From Candidatus Spyradocola merdavium (GTDB lineage: Bacteria; Bacillota; Clostridia; Christensenellales; UBA1750): DNA of 64,000 nucleotides. Positions within the stretch are counted from its first letter, which is position 1, and every line of letters starts with the position of its first letter. Where the stretch lies: assembly GCA_018711265.1 (NCBI GenBank), contig DVIM01000067.1:26771-90770 (forward strand), given 5' to 3'. A model generated the notes under the pieces. The model had not been told where the DNA came from, did no database searches, and saw only the letters and a program-made list of their open reading frames with translations. The position numbers and the translations under genes are program-made. This document shows positions 42,960 to 53,345 of the stretch, piece by piece.

Positions 42960-43913
42960 ATGCAGGTATCCCAGGTCAAACCCCTAGCGGACGCCTTCCG
43001 CGAGAACATCGAGACGGTCATCGTGGGCAAGAGAGAGGTCATCGACATCGTCCTTGCCACCCTCTTTGCCGGCGGCCACGCGCTGCTGGAGGACGTGCCC
43101 GGAACGGGCAAGACCATGCTCGCCCGCGCGCTGGCAAGGTCCATGGACGCGGACTTTTCCCGCATCCAGTTTACGCCGGACCTGCTGCCCTCGGACGTGA
43201 CGGGCGCCTCGGTCTTCCGCCAGAAGACCGGCGAATTCACCTTCCAGCCGGGGCCGGTGTTTGCCAACGTGGTCCTGGCCGACGAGATCAACCGCGCGAC
43301 GCCCCGGGCCCAGTCCGCCATGCTCGAGTGCATGGAGGAAAAGCAGGTCTCCTCCGACGGCACGACCTATGCGCTGCCCGCGCCCTTCTTCGTCATCGCC
43401 ACGCAGAACCCCGTGGAGACGCAGGGCACCTTCCCCCTGCCCGAAGCGCAGCTCGACCGCTTCATGGTCAAGCTGCGCATGGGCTATCCCACCCTCGAGG
43501 AGCAGAGCGCGATTTTGCGCCGCTTCATGCAGGACAAGCCGCAGGAGCGCCTTGCGCCCGTGGCGGCGGCCGCGGACGTCCTTGCGGCGCAGCAGGCCGT
43601 GACCTGCGTGCGCGTGCAGGACGACCTGCTGCGCTACATCGGCGAGATCTGCGAAAAGACGCGCGCGCTGGAGGACGCGCTGCTGGGCGCAAGCCCCCGC
43701 GCGGCGCTCGCGCTGATGCGCGTCAGCCAGAGCTACGCCGCCGTCTGCGGCCGGGACTACGTCACCCCCGAGGACGTAAAGCGCATGGCGGTCCCGGTGC
43801 TCGCGCACCGGCTCATCCTGCGCACGGCCTTCGGCCAGGGCGGCCGCGGGGAGGCGGCCGTGCAGGAGGTGCTGGACGCGGTGCGCGTTCCCACGGAACC
43901 GGACGAGGAATAG
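42960..43913 (+). CDS. MoxR-family AAA+ ATPase
   Basis: HALLEDVPGTGKT, ADEINRA and ATQNP motifs; AGGAGG lies 8 nt before ATG 42960. Confidence 0.92.
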   Translation: MQVSQVKPLADAFRENIETVIVGKREVIDIVLATLFAGGHALLEDVPGTGKTMLARALARSMDADFSRIQFTPDLLPSDVTGASVFRQKTGEFTFQPGPVFANVVLADEINRATPRAQSAMLECMEEKQVSSDGTTYALPAPFFVIATQNPVETQGTFPLPEAQLDRFMVKLRMGYPTLEEQSAILRRFMQDKPQERLAPVAAAADVLAAQQAVTCVRVQDDLLRYIGEICEKTRALEDALLGASPRAALALMRVSQSYAAVCGRDYVTPEDVKRMAVPVLAHRLILRTAFGQGGRGEAAVQEVLDAVRVPTEPDEE

Positions 43914-43925
43914 GCGGGGTGCGGC

Positions 43926-45008
43926 ATGAACGTATTTTGGCTGCTGCTGGTCGCGGGGCTCCTGGCCTTTGGGCAGATGCTGCTCTTCAAGCGCGCGGGG
44001 CTGCGGGGCGTCGCGGTCGACCGGCGCTTTACCAAGGCGCGCGTCTTTGCGGGCGAGAGCCTGGAGATGATCGAGACGATTGAGAACCGGCGCATCCTGC
44101 CGGTGCCCTGGCTGCGCATCGAGACGCGCATGCCGACCGAGCTCCTCTTCGGCCGGCAGGAGAACCTGGAGATCGGCGGCCAGCGCTACCACCGCTCCGT
44201 GTTCTTCCTGGGCGCGTGGCAGCGCGTCCGGCGCACGCACCAGGTGCGCGCCATGCACAGGGGGTACTATGCGCTCTCCTCCTATGCCATGACGGTGGGC
44301 GACCTGCTGGGCGTGAGCCAAAGCTCGGTGGAGCGGCCCATGAACTGCGCGCTGGTGGTCTACCCGCGCCTGCTCTCCCGCGAGGAGATCGGCCTGCCCG
44401 CAACGCGCTGGCAGGGCGAGGCCATCGTGCGCCGCTTCATCAACCCGGACCTCTTCCTCTACAGCGGGATCCGGGACTACCGCCCCGGGGACCTGCCGCG
44501 GGACATCCACTGGCGCGCCTCCGCGCGCACGGGCCGGCTCGAGGTCAAGCAGCACGACTTCACCGCGGCAAGCCGCCTCGTCGTCCTGCTCAACGTCGTC
44601 GCGCGCGAGACCCAGTGGGACGAGGCGGACGAGGCGGACCGCGCGGTGGTCGAGCAGGGCATCCGGCTGGCCGCGTCCCTGATGTGCTACGCGATTCAGG
44701 ACGGCCTGGAGGTGGGCTTCGGCTCCAACGGCTGCGCAAAGCCTGCCGAGGGCGAGACAGTCTACCTGGCCCCCGCCGCCGGCCCGCAGCAGAGCGAGAT
44801 CCTGCTGGAGGCCTGCGCGCGCCTGGTCATCCGGCGCGTGCTGCCGTTCCACGTCTTCCTCGAGCGGCTGGTGCTGCCCGCGGACGCGGACGTCGTGATC
44901 GTGTCCGGGTATGAAAACGACCTTCTGCGCCAGCAGGTGGAGCGCCTGCGCGCGCGCGGCAACAGCGCCACGGTCCTGCCCGTGGGAAAGGAGGCGGCCG
45001 CAGGATGA
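43926..45008 (+). CDS. DUF58-family protein (vWA-like partner of MoxR)
   Basis: IRDYRPGDLPRDIHWRASARTGRLEVKQ signature. Confidence 0.88.
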   Translation: MNVFWLLLVAGLLAFGQMLLFKRAGLRGVAVDRRFTKARVFAGESLEMIETIENRRILPVPWLRIETRMPTELLFGRQENLEIGGQRYHRSVFFLGAWQRVRRTHQVRAMHRGYYALSSYAMTVGDLLGVSQSSVERPMNCALVVYPRLLSREEIGLPATRWQGEAIVRRFINPDLFLYSGIRDYRPGDLPRDIHWRASARTGRLEVKQHDFTAASRLVVLLNVVARETQWDEADEADRAVVEQGIRLAASLMCYAIQDGLEVGFGSNGCAKPAEGETVYLAPAAGPQQSEILLEACARLVIRRVLPFHVFLERLVLPADADVVIVSGYENDLLRQQVERLRARGNSATVLPVGKEAAAG

Positions 45009-46231
45009 AAAAGTTTCTGCTCTACCTTTTGCACAGCGCGTACCTCGCGCTCACGGCCGCGCCCGTCGTCCTGTACGCCGCCGCGTCGGCCGGGGCGCCG
45101 GCCTGGCCCGCGATGCTGCTCCTGTGCGGCGCGAGCTTTGCGGGAAACGCGGTCTCGTGCTTCCTGCGCGAGCGCCGCGCGCTCTTTGCGCTGCTCGCGG
45201 CCGGCCTTGCGGCGGCGGGCGCCGCGCTGCTGCCCCTCTTTCCCTGGAGCCTGCTGCTCGCCGCGATGAACCTCGTCGTGGCGCTCACGGGCGCGCGGCG
45301 CAGGTGGAACGAGCCCGAAACCGAGCTCATAGACGCGCGCGTGATGGTCGCAGGGCTCATCGTCTGCGCGGTGGTCTATCTCATGGGCCTGTTCAACGGC
45401 CTGCCCGCAGTGCAGGCGCGCGTGGGCGTCCTGGCCTATTTCTACCTCGTGGCGTCGCTGCTGCTGACCAACCGCCAGTCCGTGCGCACGAACGCCGGCG
45501 GCCAGGCGCGGCGGATGATGCGCGGAAACCAGGCCCTGACCTGGGGCTTCCTCGCGGTGCTGACGCTCGTTGCGTTCTTTGACGCGCTGCGGGAGGCGGT
45601 CGGCCGCGGGATCCGCGGCGCGTTCGCCGCGCTGCTCCGCCTGATCCCCCAGGGCCAAAGCGCGGGCACGACCGAGTCCGGCGGCGGGATGGGGGAGATG
45701 GACCTAAGCGGCCTCGGGGAGGGGACGCCCCTGCCCGAGTGGGTGCAGGTGCTGGGCACAGTGATTTTGACGATCGTGGCCACGGCCGCGCTCCTGGCCC
45801 TTGCCGCGTTTGTGCTGCGCGCGCTGTGGAAGGGCGCGCAGGCCCTCGCCGCGCGCCTGCGCGAGTGGATGCAGCGCTTTCAGGAGGCGGGCGCGGAGGA
45901 GTATTCGGAGGAGAGCGAGCAGCTGCTGAGCGCGGAGTCCATGCGCCGGGAGATCGGGCGGCAGATCCGCAGCCGCGTGCGCCGCGCGCTCACGCCGCCG
46001 CCGAAGTGGAGCGCCATGACCCCGAACGAGCGCGTGCGCTACGCCTACGCCTGTCTGCTCCGCCGGCAGAAGAAGACCTGCCCGCAGGCCGCCGCCATGA
46101 CGCCGGAGCAGCTGTGCAGGAGCGCGGAGGTGGACCCCGCCTTTGCCGCGCTCTATGACCGCGTGCGCTACGGCGAAGGGCAGGCCGCCCCGGACGAGGC
46201 CGACCGCTGGCGCGGCGCAGCAAAACCCTAG
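45005..46231 (+). CDS. Polytopic membrane protein with DUF4129-like C-terminus
   Basis: Multiple TM segments and a C-terminal MTPEQL...ALYDRVRYGEG pattern; ATGA overlap with the DUF58 gene. Confidence 0.65.
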   Translation: MKKFLLYLLHSAYLALTAAPVVLYAAASAGAPAWPAMLLLCGASFAGNAVSCFLRERRALFALLAAGLAAAGAALLPLFPWSLLLAAMNLVVALTGARRRWNEPETELIDARVMVAGLIVCAVVYLMGLFNGLPAVQARVGVLAYFYLVASLLLTNRQSVRTNAGGQARRMMRGNQALTWGFLAVLTLVAFFDALREAVGRGIRGAFAALLRLIPQGQSAGTTESGGGMGEMDLSGLGEGTPLPEWVQVLGTVILTIVATAALLALAAFVLRALWKGAQALAARLREWMQRFQEAGAEEYSEESEQLLSAESMRREIGRQIRSRVRRALTPPPKWSAMTPNERVRYAYACLLRRQKKTCPQAAAMTPEQLCRSAEVDPAFAALYDRVRYGEGQAAPDEADRWRGAAKP

Positions 46232-46256
46232 ACACGAACCCCAGGAGGTTGTACCC

Positions 46257-48122
46257 ATGAACCCAACGCTGGAATTCAAGATCTCCCAGCTCCCGGAGAG
46301 CCCGGGCGTCTACCAGATGAAGCGCGCCGGGGAGATCATCTATGTGGGCAAGGCGATCAACTTGAAAAACCGCGTCCGCCAGTACTTCCACAGCTCCAAG
46401 GACCACACGCCCAAGGTCCAGGCCATGGTCGCCAACATCGACGACTTCGACATCCTCCTCTGCGACACGGAGCTGGAGGCGCTGATCCTCGAGTGCAACC
46501 TCATCAAGAAATACCGCCCCTACTACAACATCCTGCTCAAGGACGACAAGCAGTACCCCTATATCCGCATCGACCTTCGGCAGGACTACCCGCGCGTGGA
46601 ACTCGTGCGCCGCGTGGAGAAGGACGGCGCGAAGTACTTCGGCCCCTACATCGGGGCGACGGTCGTGCGCGACGTGCTGGAGGTGCTGCACAACTCCTTC
46701 CCCCTGCGCACCTGCCGGCATGACTTTTCCTTTGGGCACGGCGTGGGCGGCCGGCACAGGCCCTGCCTGCGCTACCAGATGGGGCTGTGCCTTGCGCCCT
46801 GCACGGGCAACGTCTTCCCCGGCCAGTACCGGCAGATGCTCGACGAGATCCTCGCCTTCCTCAACGGCAAGCACGAGGACGTGGTCCGGAAGATGCGCGC
46901 GCAGATGCTGGAGGCCTCAAAAAACCTGGACTTTGAGCGCGCGGCCACGCTGCGCGACCGCATCGCGGCCATGGAGCGCGTGCTGCAGAAGCAGAAGGCC
47001 CTGGCCGTCTCCGGCGGGGACCAGGACGTCGTGGCCGTCTCCAGCGACGGCGTGGACGCCGTGGTCGAGGTCATCTACATGCGCGAGGGCAAGATCCTGG
47101 GCAGCGACCACTTCATCATGCAGCGCGCCGAGGCCCAGGAGGAGGAGAGCCTGGCCATGTTCCTCCTGCAATACTACGACAACGCGCCCTACATCCCCAA
47201 GGAGATCCTGCTGGGCGAGGCCGTGGAGGACCTGGACGTCATGGAGAAGCTCCTGACCGAGAAGAAGGGCTCGCGCGTCCACATCCTCGTCCCCCAGCGC
47301 GGGGACAAGAAAAAGCTCGTGGACATGGCCAGAAAGAACGCCGAGGACATCGCCAGCAAGCGCCGGGAGCAGTTCATCCGCCAGAAGGCGCGCACCGTCG
47401 GCGCCTGCAGGGAGCTGGCGCAGGCCCTGGGCCTGGACTTTGTGCCCCGCCGCATCGAGGGCTACGACATCTCCAACACCCAGGGCACGCTCTCGGTGGC
47501 CTCCATGGTCGTGGCCATCAACGGCCAGCCCGCAAGGAATCAGTACCGCCACTTCCGCATCAAGACGGTCGTGGGCGCGAACGACTTCGCCTCCATGGCC
47601 GAGGTCATCTCCCGCCGCTTCACCCGCGGCGAGCGCGAGCGGATCGAGGCGCAGAACGAGGGCCGGGTCCCGGACGGGTTTGCAGACCTGCCGGACCTTG
47701 TGCTCATCGACGGCGGCCCCGAGCAGCTCCGCTTCGCCCAGGAGGCCATCCACGCCGTGCCCATGGAGAAGTACCCCGCCATGTTCGGCCTGGCCAAGCG
47801 CTTGGAGGAGATCTACCTGCCCGGGCGCGAGGACCCCATCCGCCTGGACGAGCACAGCGAGGCCCTGCGCCTCATCCAGCGCGTGCGCGACGAGGCGCAC
47901 CGCTTCGCCATCACGCACCACCGGGGCCTGCGGACCAAGCGCTCCGTCGCCAGCCGCCTGGAGGAGATCCCCGGCATCGGCGCAACGCGCCGCCGCGCGC
48001 TCCTGACCCACTTTCCCAACGTGGACGCCATCCGGGAGGCGACGATGGAGGAGCTGCTGGACGTGCCCGGCATGAACCGCCCGGCGGCCGAGGCCGTGTA
48101 CGCCTTCTTCCACGCAAAATGA
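46257..48122 (+). CDS. uvrC: Excinuclease ABC subunit C
   Basis: GIY-YIG (PGVYQMK...IIYVGKAINLKNRV), UVR domain, and C-terminal HhH; GGAGG lies before ATG 46257. Confidence 0.96.
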   Translation: MNPTLEFKISQLPESPGVYQMKRAGEIIYVGKAINLKNRVRQYFHSSKDHTPKVQAMVANIDDFDILLCDTELEALILECNLIKKYRPYYNILLKDDKQYPYIRIDLRQDYPRVELVRRVEKDGAKYFGPYIGATVVRDVLEVLHNSFPLRTCRHDFSFGHGVGGRHRPCLRYQMGLCLAPCTGNVFPGQYRQMLDEILAFLNGKHEDVVRKMRAQMLEASKNLDFERAATLRDRIAAMERVLQKQKALAVSGGDQDVVAVSSDGVDAVVEVIYMREGKILGSDHFIMQRAEAQEEESLAMFLLQYYDNAPYIPKEILLGEAVEDLDVMEKLLTEKKGSRVHILVPQRGDKKKLVDMARKNAEDIASKRREQFIRQKARTVGACRELAQALGLDFVPRRIEGYDISNTQGTLSVASMVVAINGQPARNQYRHFRIKTVVGANDFASMAEVISRRFTRGERERIEAQNEGRVPDGFADLPDLVLIDGGPEQLRFAQEAIHAVPMEKYPAMFGLAKRLEEIYLPGREDPIRLDEHSEALRLIQRVRDEAHRFAITHHRGLRTKRSVASRLEEIPGIGATRRRALLTHFPNVDAIREATMEELLDVPGMNRPAAEAVYAFFHAK

Positions 48123-48132
48123 AAATCCAGGC

Positions 48133-48161
48133 TTGTACATTTCCCCATTACCCGATATAAT
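48133..48161 (+). promoter_or_regulatory. Promoter for HAD-hprK-glcK
   Basis: TTGTAC, 17-nt spacer, TATAAT. Confidence 0.55.
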
Positions 48162-48193
48162 GAGAGAGGATTTTAACGCCGGAGGAGGACGCT

Positions 48194-48994
48194 ATGGCGA
48201 TCAAGCTCATCGCATTCGATATGGACGACACGCTTCTGCTCGACGACCGCACCATCGGCGAGCGCACGATGCGCGCCCTGCGCGCGGCGCATGAACAGGG
48301 CGTGCGCATCGTCCCTGCAACCGGCCGCGGCAAGCACTCGATGTGGAACTACGTCGAGCAGATCGGCGTGGCCGACGCCGCCATCTGCACAAACGGCGCG
48401 CAGGTCTACGACGGCGCGGGCCGGCCCATCCGGGAGCGCCCGGTGGACCTGGACCTCGCGCGGCAGATCGTCCGCTTTGCCAAGGAGAACGGGTGGTACG
48501 TCCAGGGCTATTCCGAGGACGACTACTTTTTCGAGGCGGAGACGGAGGAGACGCGCCTGTACGCTCGCCTGGCCAACCACATGGGCCGGCAGGTCGGGGA
48601 CCTGATCGCCTACATGCAGCAGCCACCCTTCAAGATGCTCTTTGTGCAGACGGACATGGAGAAGATGGCCCGCCTGAAGGCGCAGGCCGTGTCCCGCTTC
48701 GGCCAGGCGCTGTGCGTCTTCGACTCCAAGCCCTTCTACCTGGAGATGACGGACCACGGCGCGACAAAGGGCGCGGCGGTGCTTGATTTGGCCGAGAGAT
48801 TCGGCGTTTTGCCCGGGGAGGTCATGTGCTTTGGCGACAGCGGCAACGACCTGAGCATGATCGAGTGCGCAGGCGTGGGCGTGGTCATGGGCAACGCCCG
48901 GGCGGAAATTCAGGAACACGCGGACCTCATCGCCCCCACCAACCAGGACGAGGGCGTGGCCCAGATACTCGAACAATACGTTTTGCAGAGGTGA
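48194..48994 (+). CDS. Cof-type HAD-IIB phosphatase
   Basis: FDMDDTLL motif I, TGR motif II, and GDSGNDLSM motif IV. Confidence 0.9.
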   Translation: MAIKLIAFDMDDTLLLDDRTIGERTMRALRAAHEQGVRIVPATGRGKHSMWNYVEQIGVADAAICTNGAQVYDGAGRPIRERPVDLDLARQIVRFAKENGWYVQGYSEDDYFFEAETEETRLYARLANHMGRQVGDLIAYMQQPPFKMLFVQTDMEKMARLKAQAVSRFGQALCVFDSKPFYLEMTDHGATKGAAVLDLAERFGVLPGEVMCFGDSGNDLSMIECAGVGVVMGNARAEIQEHADLIAPTNQDEGVAQILEQYVLQR

Positions 48995-49001
48995 TACAGG
49001 C

Positions 49002-49916
49002 ATGATCTCGCTCAAGGAGTTTATCGACACGCTGGAACTGGAGCCCGTCGTCATGGCTGACCGCGACGAGATCAACCTGGAAACCAGCGACGTCAACCGG
49101 CCGGGGCTGCAGCTTTCCGGCTTCTTCGACTACTTTGCGGCGGACCGCCTGCAGGTCATCGGCAAGGCGGAGATGCAGTACATCCTCGCCCTGGAGCCGG
49201 AGGTGCGCAAGGAGCGGCTGGACAAGTACATGTCCTACAACATCCCGGTGGTGGTGGTGTGCCGGAACATGCCCGTGCCGCCGGAGATGGTGGAGGCGGC
49301 CCAGCGCCACAACGTCGCGCTGCTGCGCTCGCGCCTGGTCACGACGCGCTTCATGCTCCAGGCGTCCATGTTCATCGGCGCAAAGCTCGCCCCGCGCATC
49401 ACGCGCCACGGCGTGCTCATGGACGTGTTCGGCATCGGCGTGATGATCACGGGCGAGTCGGGCGTCGGCAAGAGCGAGGCCGCGCTGGAGCTCGTCAAGC
49501 GCGGACACCGCCTGGTCGCCGACGACGTGGTCGAGATCTGCAAGGTCTCGGACGTGCGCCTCGTGGGCGAGGCGCCGGAGATGGTGCGCCACTTCATGGA
49601 GATCCGCGGCGTGGGCATCATCAACGTCAAGAACATGTACGGCGTGGGTGCGGTCATCAACTCCAAGTCCATCGACATGGTGATCCACCTGGAGCTCTGG
49701 GACAACAACAAGGAGTACGACCGCCTGGGCCTGAACGAGGACTTCACCGCGGTGCTGGGGGTCAAGCTCCCCAAGCTCACGCTGCCCGTGCGCCCGGGGC
49801 GGAACCTGGCCATCGTCATCGAGGTCGCGGCCAGCAACCACCGCCTCAAGAAGATGGGCTACAACGGCGCGCAGGAGCTCAACGACAGGCTCTCGGCCAA
49901 GATTCAAAACGGGTAA
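49002..49916 (+). CDS. hprK: HPr kinase/phosphorylase
   Basis: GESGVGKSE P-loop and the signature EIRGVGIINV. Confidence 0.96.
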   Translation: MISLKEFIDTLELEPVVMADRDEINLETSDVNRPGLQLSGFFDYFAADRLQVIGKAEMQYILALEPEVRKERLDKYMSYNIPVVVVCRNMPVPPEMVEAAQRHNVALLRSRLVTTRFMLQASMFIGAKLAPRITRHGVLMDVFGIGVMITGESGVGKSEAALELVKRGHRLVADDVVEICKVSDVRLVGEAPEMVRHFMEIRGVGIINVKNMYGVGAVINSKSIDMVIHLELWDNNKEYDRLGLNEDFTAVLGVKLPKLTLPVRPGRNLAIVIEVAASNHRLKKMGYNGAQELNDRLSAKIQNG

Positions 49917-49971
49917 GATCGCTTTTCCAAGCGAAAATACATATCACACAAAGATTTGGGAGGCAGCATCT

Positions 49972-50916
49972 ATGGTATACGTTGGTGTGGACCTGGGAGG
50001 AACGAACATCGCAGTCGGTCTTGTGGACGAAAACGGCAAGATCCTGCACAAGGACAGCGTGCCCACGCTCCTGGAGCGCGGTCCCGAACCCATCATCAAG
50101 GACATGGCGAACCTCTCGCTGAAGGTCGTCAAGGACGCGGGCTACACCCTGGACGACGTCAAGGCCGTCGGCGTCGGCGTTCCGGGCCTTGCGGACCCCA
50201 AGACGGGCGTGGTCATCTTCTGCACGAACCTGCGCTGGCACATGGTGCCCCTGCGCGAGATCATGCAGTCCATCATCGATAAGCCCATCTTCATCGACAA
50301 CGACGCGACGGTTGCGGGCCTTGCCGAGTCCGTGGCGGGCGTCTCGGCGGGCGTTGCCAACTCCGTGTTCCTGACGCTGGGCACGGGCGTGGGCGGCGGC
50401 ATCGTCATCAACCACAAGATCTACTCCGGCTCCCACGGCGTGGGCTCGGAGCTCGGGCACATGACCGTGCAGTGCGAAGGCCGCCCCTGCACCTGCGGCT
50501 CCATCGGCTGCTGGGAGCAGTATTCCTCGGCCACGGCCCTCATCCGTCAGGGCCGCGAGGCGGTGGAGAAGAACCCGGACAGCCTCATCGTCAAGATGGT
50601 GAACGGGGACCTGAGCAAGATCGAGGCGCGCACCGTCATCGACGCCGCGCGCGAGGGCGACAAGGTCGCCTGCGAGGTCTACGACAAGTACATCTACTAC
50701 CTTGCCATCGGCATCGTGGCCATCATCAACGCCTTTGACCCGGAGATCATCGCCCTGGGCGGCGGCGTCTCCAAGGCCGGGGACTTCCTGCTCAAGCCCC
50801 TGCGCGAGAAGGTGGCCAAGTACGTGTTCTATAAGGACCTGCCCTATGCCAAGATCGAGATCGCCACGCTCGGCAGCGACGCGGGCATCATCGGCGCGGC
50901 CATGCTGGGCAAGTAA
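49972..50916 (+). CDS. glcK: ROK-family glucokinase
   Basis: GVDLGGTNIAVG and the ROK Zn motif GHM...CTCGSIGCWEQY. Confidence 0.92.
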   Translation: MVYVGVDLGGTNIAVGLVDENGKILHKDSVPTLLERGPEPIIKDMANLSLKVVKDAGYTLDDVKAVGVGVPGLADPKTGVVIFCTNLRWHMVPLREIMQSIIDKPIFIDNDATVAGLAESVAGVSAGVANSVFLTLGTGVGGGIVINHKIYSGSHGVGSELGHMTVQCEGRPCTCGSIGCWEQYSSATALIRQGREAVEKNPDSLIVKMVNGDLSKIEARTVIDAAREGDKVACEVYDKYIYYLAIGIVAIINAFDPEIIALGGGVSKAGDFLLKPLREKVAKYVFYKDLPYAKIEIATLGSDAGIIGAAMLGK

Positions 50917-50933
50917 GCGGTAACCCCAAATCC

Positions 50934-50999
50934 GGCGGAGGAGAGCATTCCACAGAATCAATTTATCGTGGATTCTGTGAACTTTCTTCCGCCTTTCTT
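50934..50999 (+). terminator. Long compound hairpin terminator after glcK
   Basis: Outer 12-bp stem and inner 9-bp stem (CACAGAATC/GATTCTGTG), followed by TTTCTT. Confidence 0.65.
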
Positions 51000-51027
51000 G
51001 TGTGAAAAGGGTCCAAAGTGCTATACT
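50998..51027 (+). promoter_or_regulatory. Candidate promoter for the large U32 gene
   Basis: TTGTGT, 18-nt spacer, TATACT, with TGn. Confidence 0.4.
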
Positions 51028-51062
51028 GTATGGCAATGACGAGGGAAGCAGGAGGGAAAGAC

Positions 51063-53327
51063 GTGAAAAAAGTGGAGCTGCTCGCCCCGGCGGGGGAGAT
51101 GCAGGCGCTCGTGGCCGCGGTGCAGAACGGCGCGGACGCGGTCTACGTGGGCGGCCGGCTGTTCGGCGCGCGCGCCGGCGCCGCAAACTTTGACGGCCCG
51201 GCGCTTAAGGAGGCCGCCGGCTACTGCCACAAGCGCGGCGTCAAGCTCTATATGACGGTCAACACCCTCGTGCGCGACGAGGAGATGGACGAGGTCTACG
51301 CCGTCGTGCGCGAGGCCGTTTCGGCCGGCATCGACGCGGCCATCGTCCAGGACCTGGGCGTCGCCGCGCTCCTTCGGTCCTGCTTCCCCAAGCTGCACCT
51401 GCACGCTAGCACGCAGATGGCCATCGCCACCGCCCGCGGCGCGGCCTTTGCCAGGCAGGCGGGCATGACGCGCGTCGTCCCCGCCCGCGAGTGCACGCTC
51501 GAGGAGATCCAGCGCATCGCGCAGGTGGGCCTGGAGGTCGAGGTGTTCGTCCACGGCGCGCTGTGCGTCTGCTATTCCGGCCAGTGCCTGCTCTCCTCCA
51601 TGATCGGCGGGCGCAGCGGCAACCGCGGAAGGTGCGCGCAGCCCTGCCGCCTGCCCTACGCGATGGGTGGGAAGAAGCGCCACTTCCTGAGTCCCGCGGA
51701 CCTGTGCGCGCTGGACGACCTTGGCGCGATCGTTGCGGCCGGCGCCTCGTCCCTGAAGATCGAGGGGCGGCTCAAGCGGCCGGAGTACGTGGCCGTGGTC
51801 ACCGCCGCCTACCGCCGCGCGCTGGACAACGCCCTTGCCGGCAAGGCTCCGCAGCCGGGCGACCGGGAGGAGCTGCTGGCCATCTTCAACCGCGGCGGCT
51901 TTACCCGCGGCTATGCGCCCGGCGGAAACGACGCGCAGATCATGGCCACCGCCCGGCCCAACCACTGGGGCGTGCGCGTGGGCGAGGTCCAGCGCGTATC
52001 GCGCGGCCGCGCGAGCGTCCGCCTTTCCGCGCCCCTGCACGACGGCGACGGCCTCGAGGCGCGCGGAAAGGGCGGGGACCACGGCATACTCGTGCAGACG
52101 GCGCCGGACGGCTCCATCCGCGTGCCCGAGGGCGTGCGCCCCGGGGACGCGCTCTTCCGCACGACGGACGCCGAGCAGATCCGCCGCGCGCAGGAGAGCT
52201 GGCAGCAGGAGCGCCGGCGCACGCGCGTGGACGGCTCCTTTTCCGCGCGCATCGGGCAGCCGTGCCGCCTCGCGCTCGGCGGCTGCGCGGCGGAGGGCGA
52301 GGTCGTGCAGCCCGCCCGCGGCCGGCCCCTGGACGAGGCGGCGGTCCGTCGCCAGATCGAAAAGCTCGGGGACACGGTGCTGGAGCTGGGGAATTTGGAG
52401 ATCGACCTGGATGCGGGCGCGTTTTTGCCCGTCTCCGCGCTCAACGCCCTGCGGCGGGAGGCCGCGGCGGCCTGCGAGCGCGCGCTGCTGGCGCGCAACG
52501 CGCCGCCGGTCGAGATCCGGGAGCGCCCGGCCGCGCCCGCGCCGCGGTACGCCCCGCCGGCGCGCGCGCTGCGCATCCTGCAATCGGAGTCGGTCGAGGA
52601 GCTCCTCGCCGTTAAGGAGGAGGCGGACGCGCTCTACTTTGCGCCGCGCGATTGGCGGCCGCAGGCCCTGGAGGCGGCGCTGGCGCGCCTGCCCGCCGGG
52701 GCGGCGGTGGTGCTGCCGCCGCAGCTCTCCGATGCGGAGATGGACGAGGCGCTGCCCTTGCTCAGGGGCAGAACGCTCGTGTGCAACAACGTCGCGCAGC
52801 TTTGCGCCGGGTGCGTCGCCGACGCGGGGCTGGGCGCGATGAATTCCGCCGCCGTGCAGGCGCTGCTGCGCGCGGGCGCGCAGCGCGTGACGGTCTCCGC
52901 GGAGTGCACGCTGGCGCAGGCGGAGCGCCTCGCCGCCCGCGCGCCGATGGAGATGATCGTGCGCGGGAACGTGCCCTGGATGACGCTGCGGCACTGCCCC
53001 ATCCGCGCGGAACGCGGCCTGGGCGCGCAGGGGCGGGAGAGTTGTTCCCTCTGCGGAGGCAGGGGAGAGACCCTTGTGGACCGCCGGGGCGAAACGCTGC
53101 TGCTCCGGCCGTACCGCGCCGCCAGCGGCTGCCGCGTGCAGGTTCAGCCGGAGCGGCAGTTTTCCGCCCTGGCCGAGGGGCCGCGCCTTGCGCGGGCCGG
53201 CTTTGCGGCCCTGCGCGTCCTTGGCAACCGGGAGGACTTCCGCCGCCTCTGCCGCGCGCTCGACGGCGAGGCGGTGCAGGAAACCGAACAGACGATGGTT
53301 GGACACCTGTACCAAGGTGTGGAATGA
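51063..53327 (+). CDS. Large peptidase U32-family protein with C-terminal extension
   Basis: VELLAPAGEMQALVAAVQNGADAVYVGG and the Cys-rich CVCYSGQCLLS...CAQPCR; GTG start with GGAGGG upstream. Confidence 0.88.
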   Translation: MKKVELLAPAGEMQALVAAVQNGADAVYVGGRLFGARAGAANFDGPALKEAAGYCHKRGVKLYMTVNTLVRDEEMDEVYAVVREAVSAGIDAAIVQDLGVAALLRSCFPKLHLHASTQMAIATARGAAFARQAGMTRVVPARECTLEEIQRIAQVGLEVEVFVHGALCVCYSGQCLLSSMIGGRSGNRGRCAQPCRLPYAMGGKKRHFLSPADLCALDDLGAIVAAGASSLKIEGRLKRPEYVAVVTAAYRRALDNALAGKAPQPGDREELLAIFNRGGFTRGYAPGGNDAQIMATARPNHWGVRVGEVQRVSRGRASVRLSAPLHDGDGLEARGKGGDHGILVQTAPDGSIRVPEGVRPGDALFRTTDAEQIRRAQESWQQERRRTRVDGSFSARIGQPCRLALGGCAAEGEVVQPARGRPLDEAAVRRQIEKLGDTVLELGNLEIDLDAGAFLPVSALNALRREAAAACERALLARNAPPVEIRERPAAPAPRYAPPARALRILQSESVEELLAVKEEADALYFAPRDWRPQALEAALARLPAGAAVVLPPQLSDAEMDEALPLLRGRTLVCNNVAQLCAGCVADAGLGAMNSAAVQALLRAGAQRVTVSAECTLAQAERLAARAPMEMIVRGNVPWMTLRHCPIRAERGLGAQGRESCSLCGGRGETLVDRRGETLLLRPYRAASGCRVQVQPERQFSALAEGPRLARAGFAALRVLGNREDFRRLCRALDGEAVQETEQTMVGHLYQGVE

Positions 53328-53345
53328 TAGGAGAGGTTGGAAACC

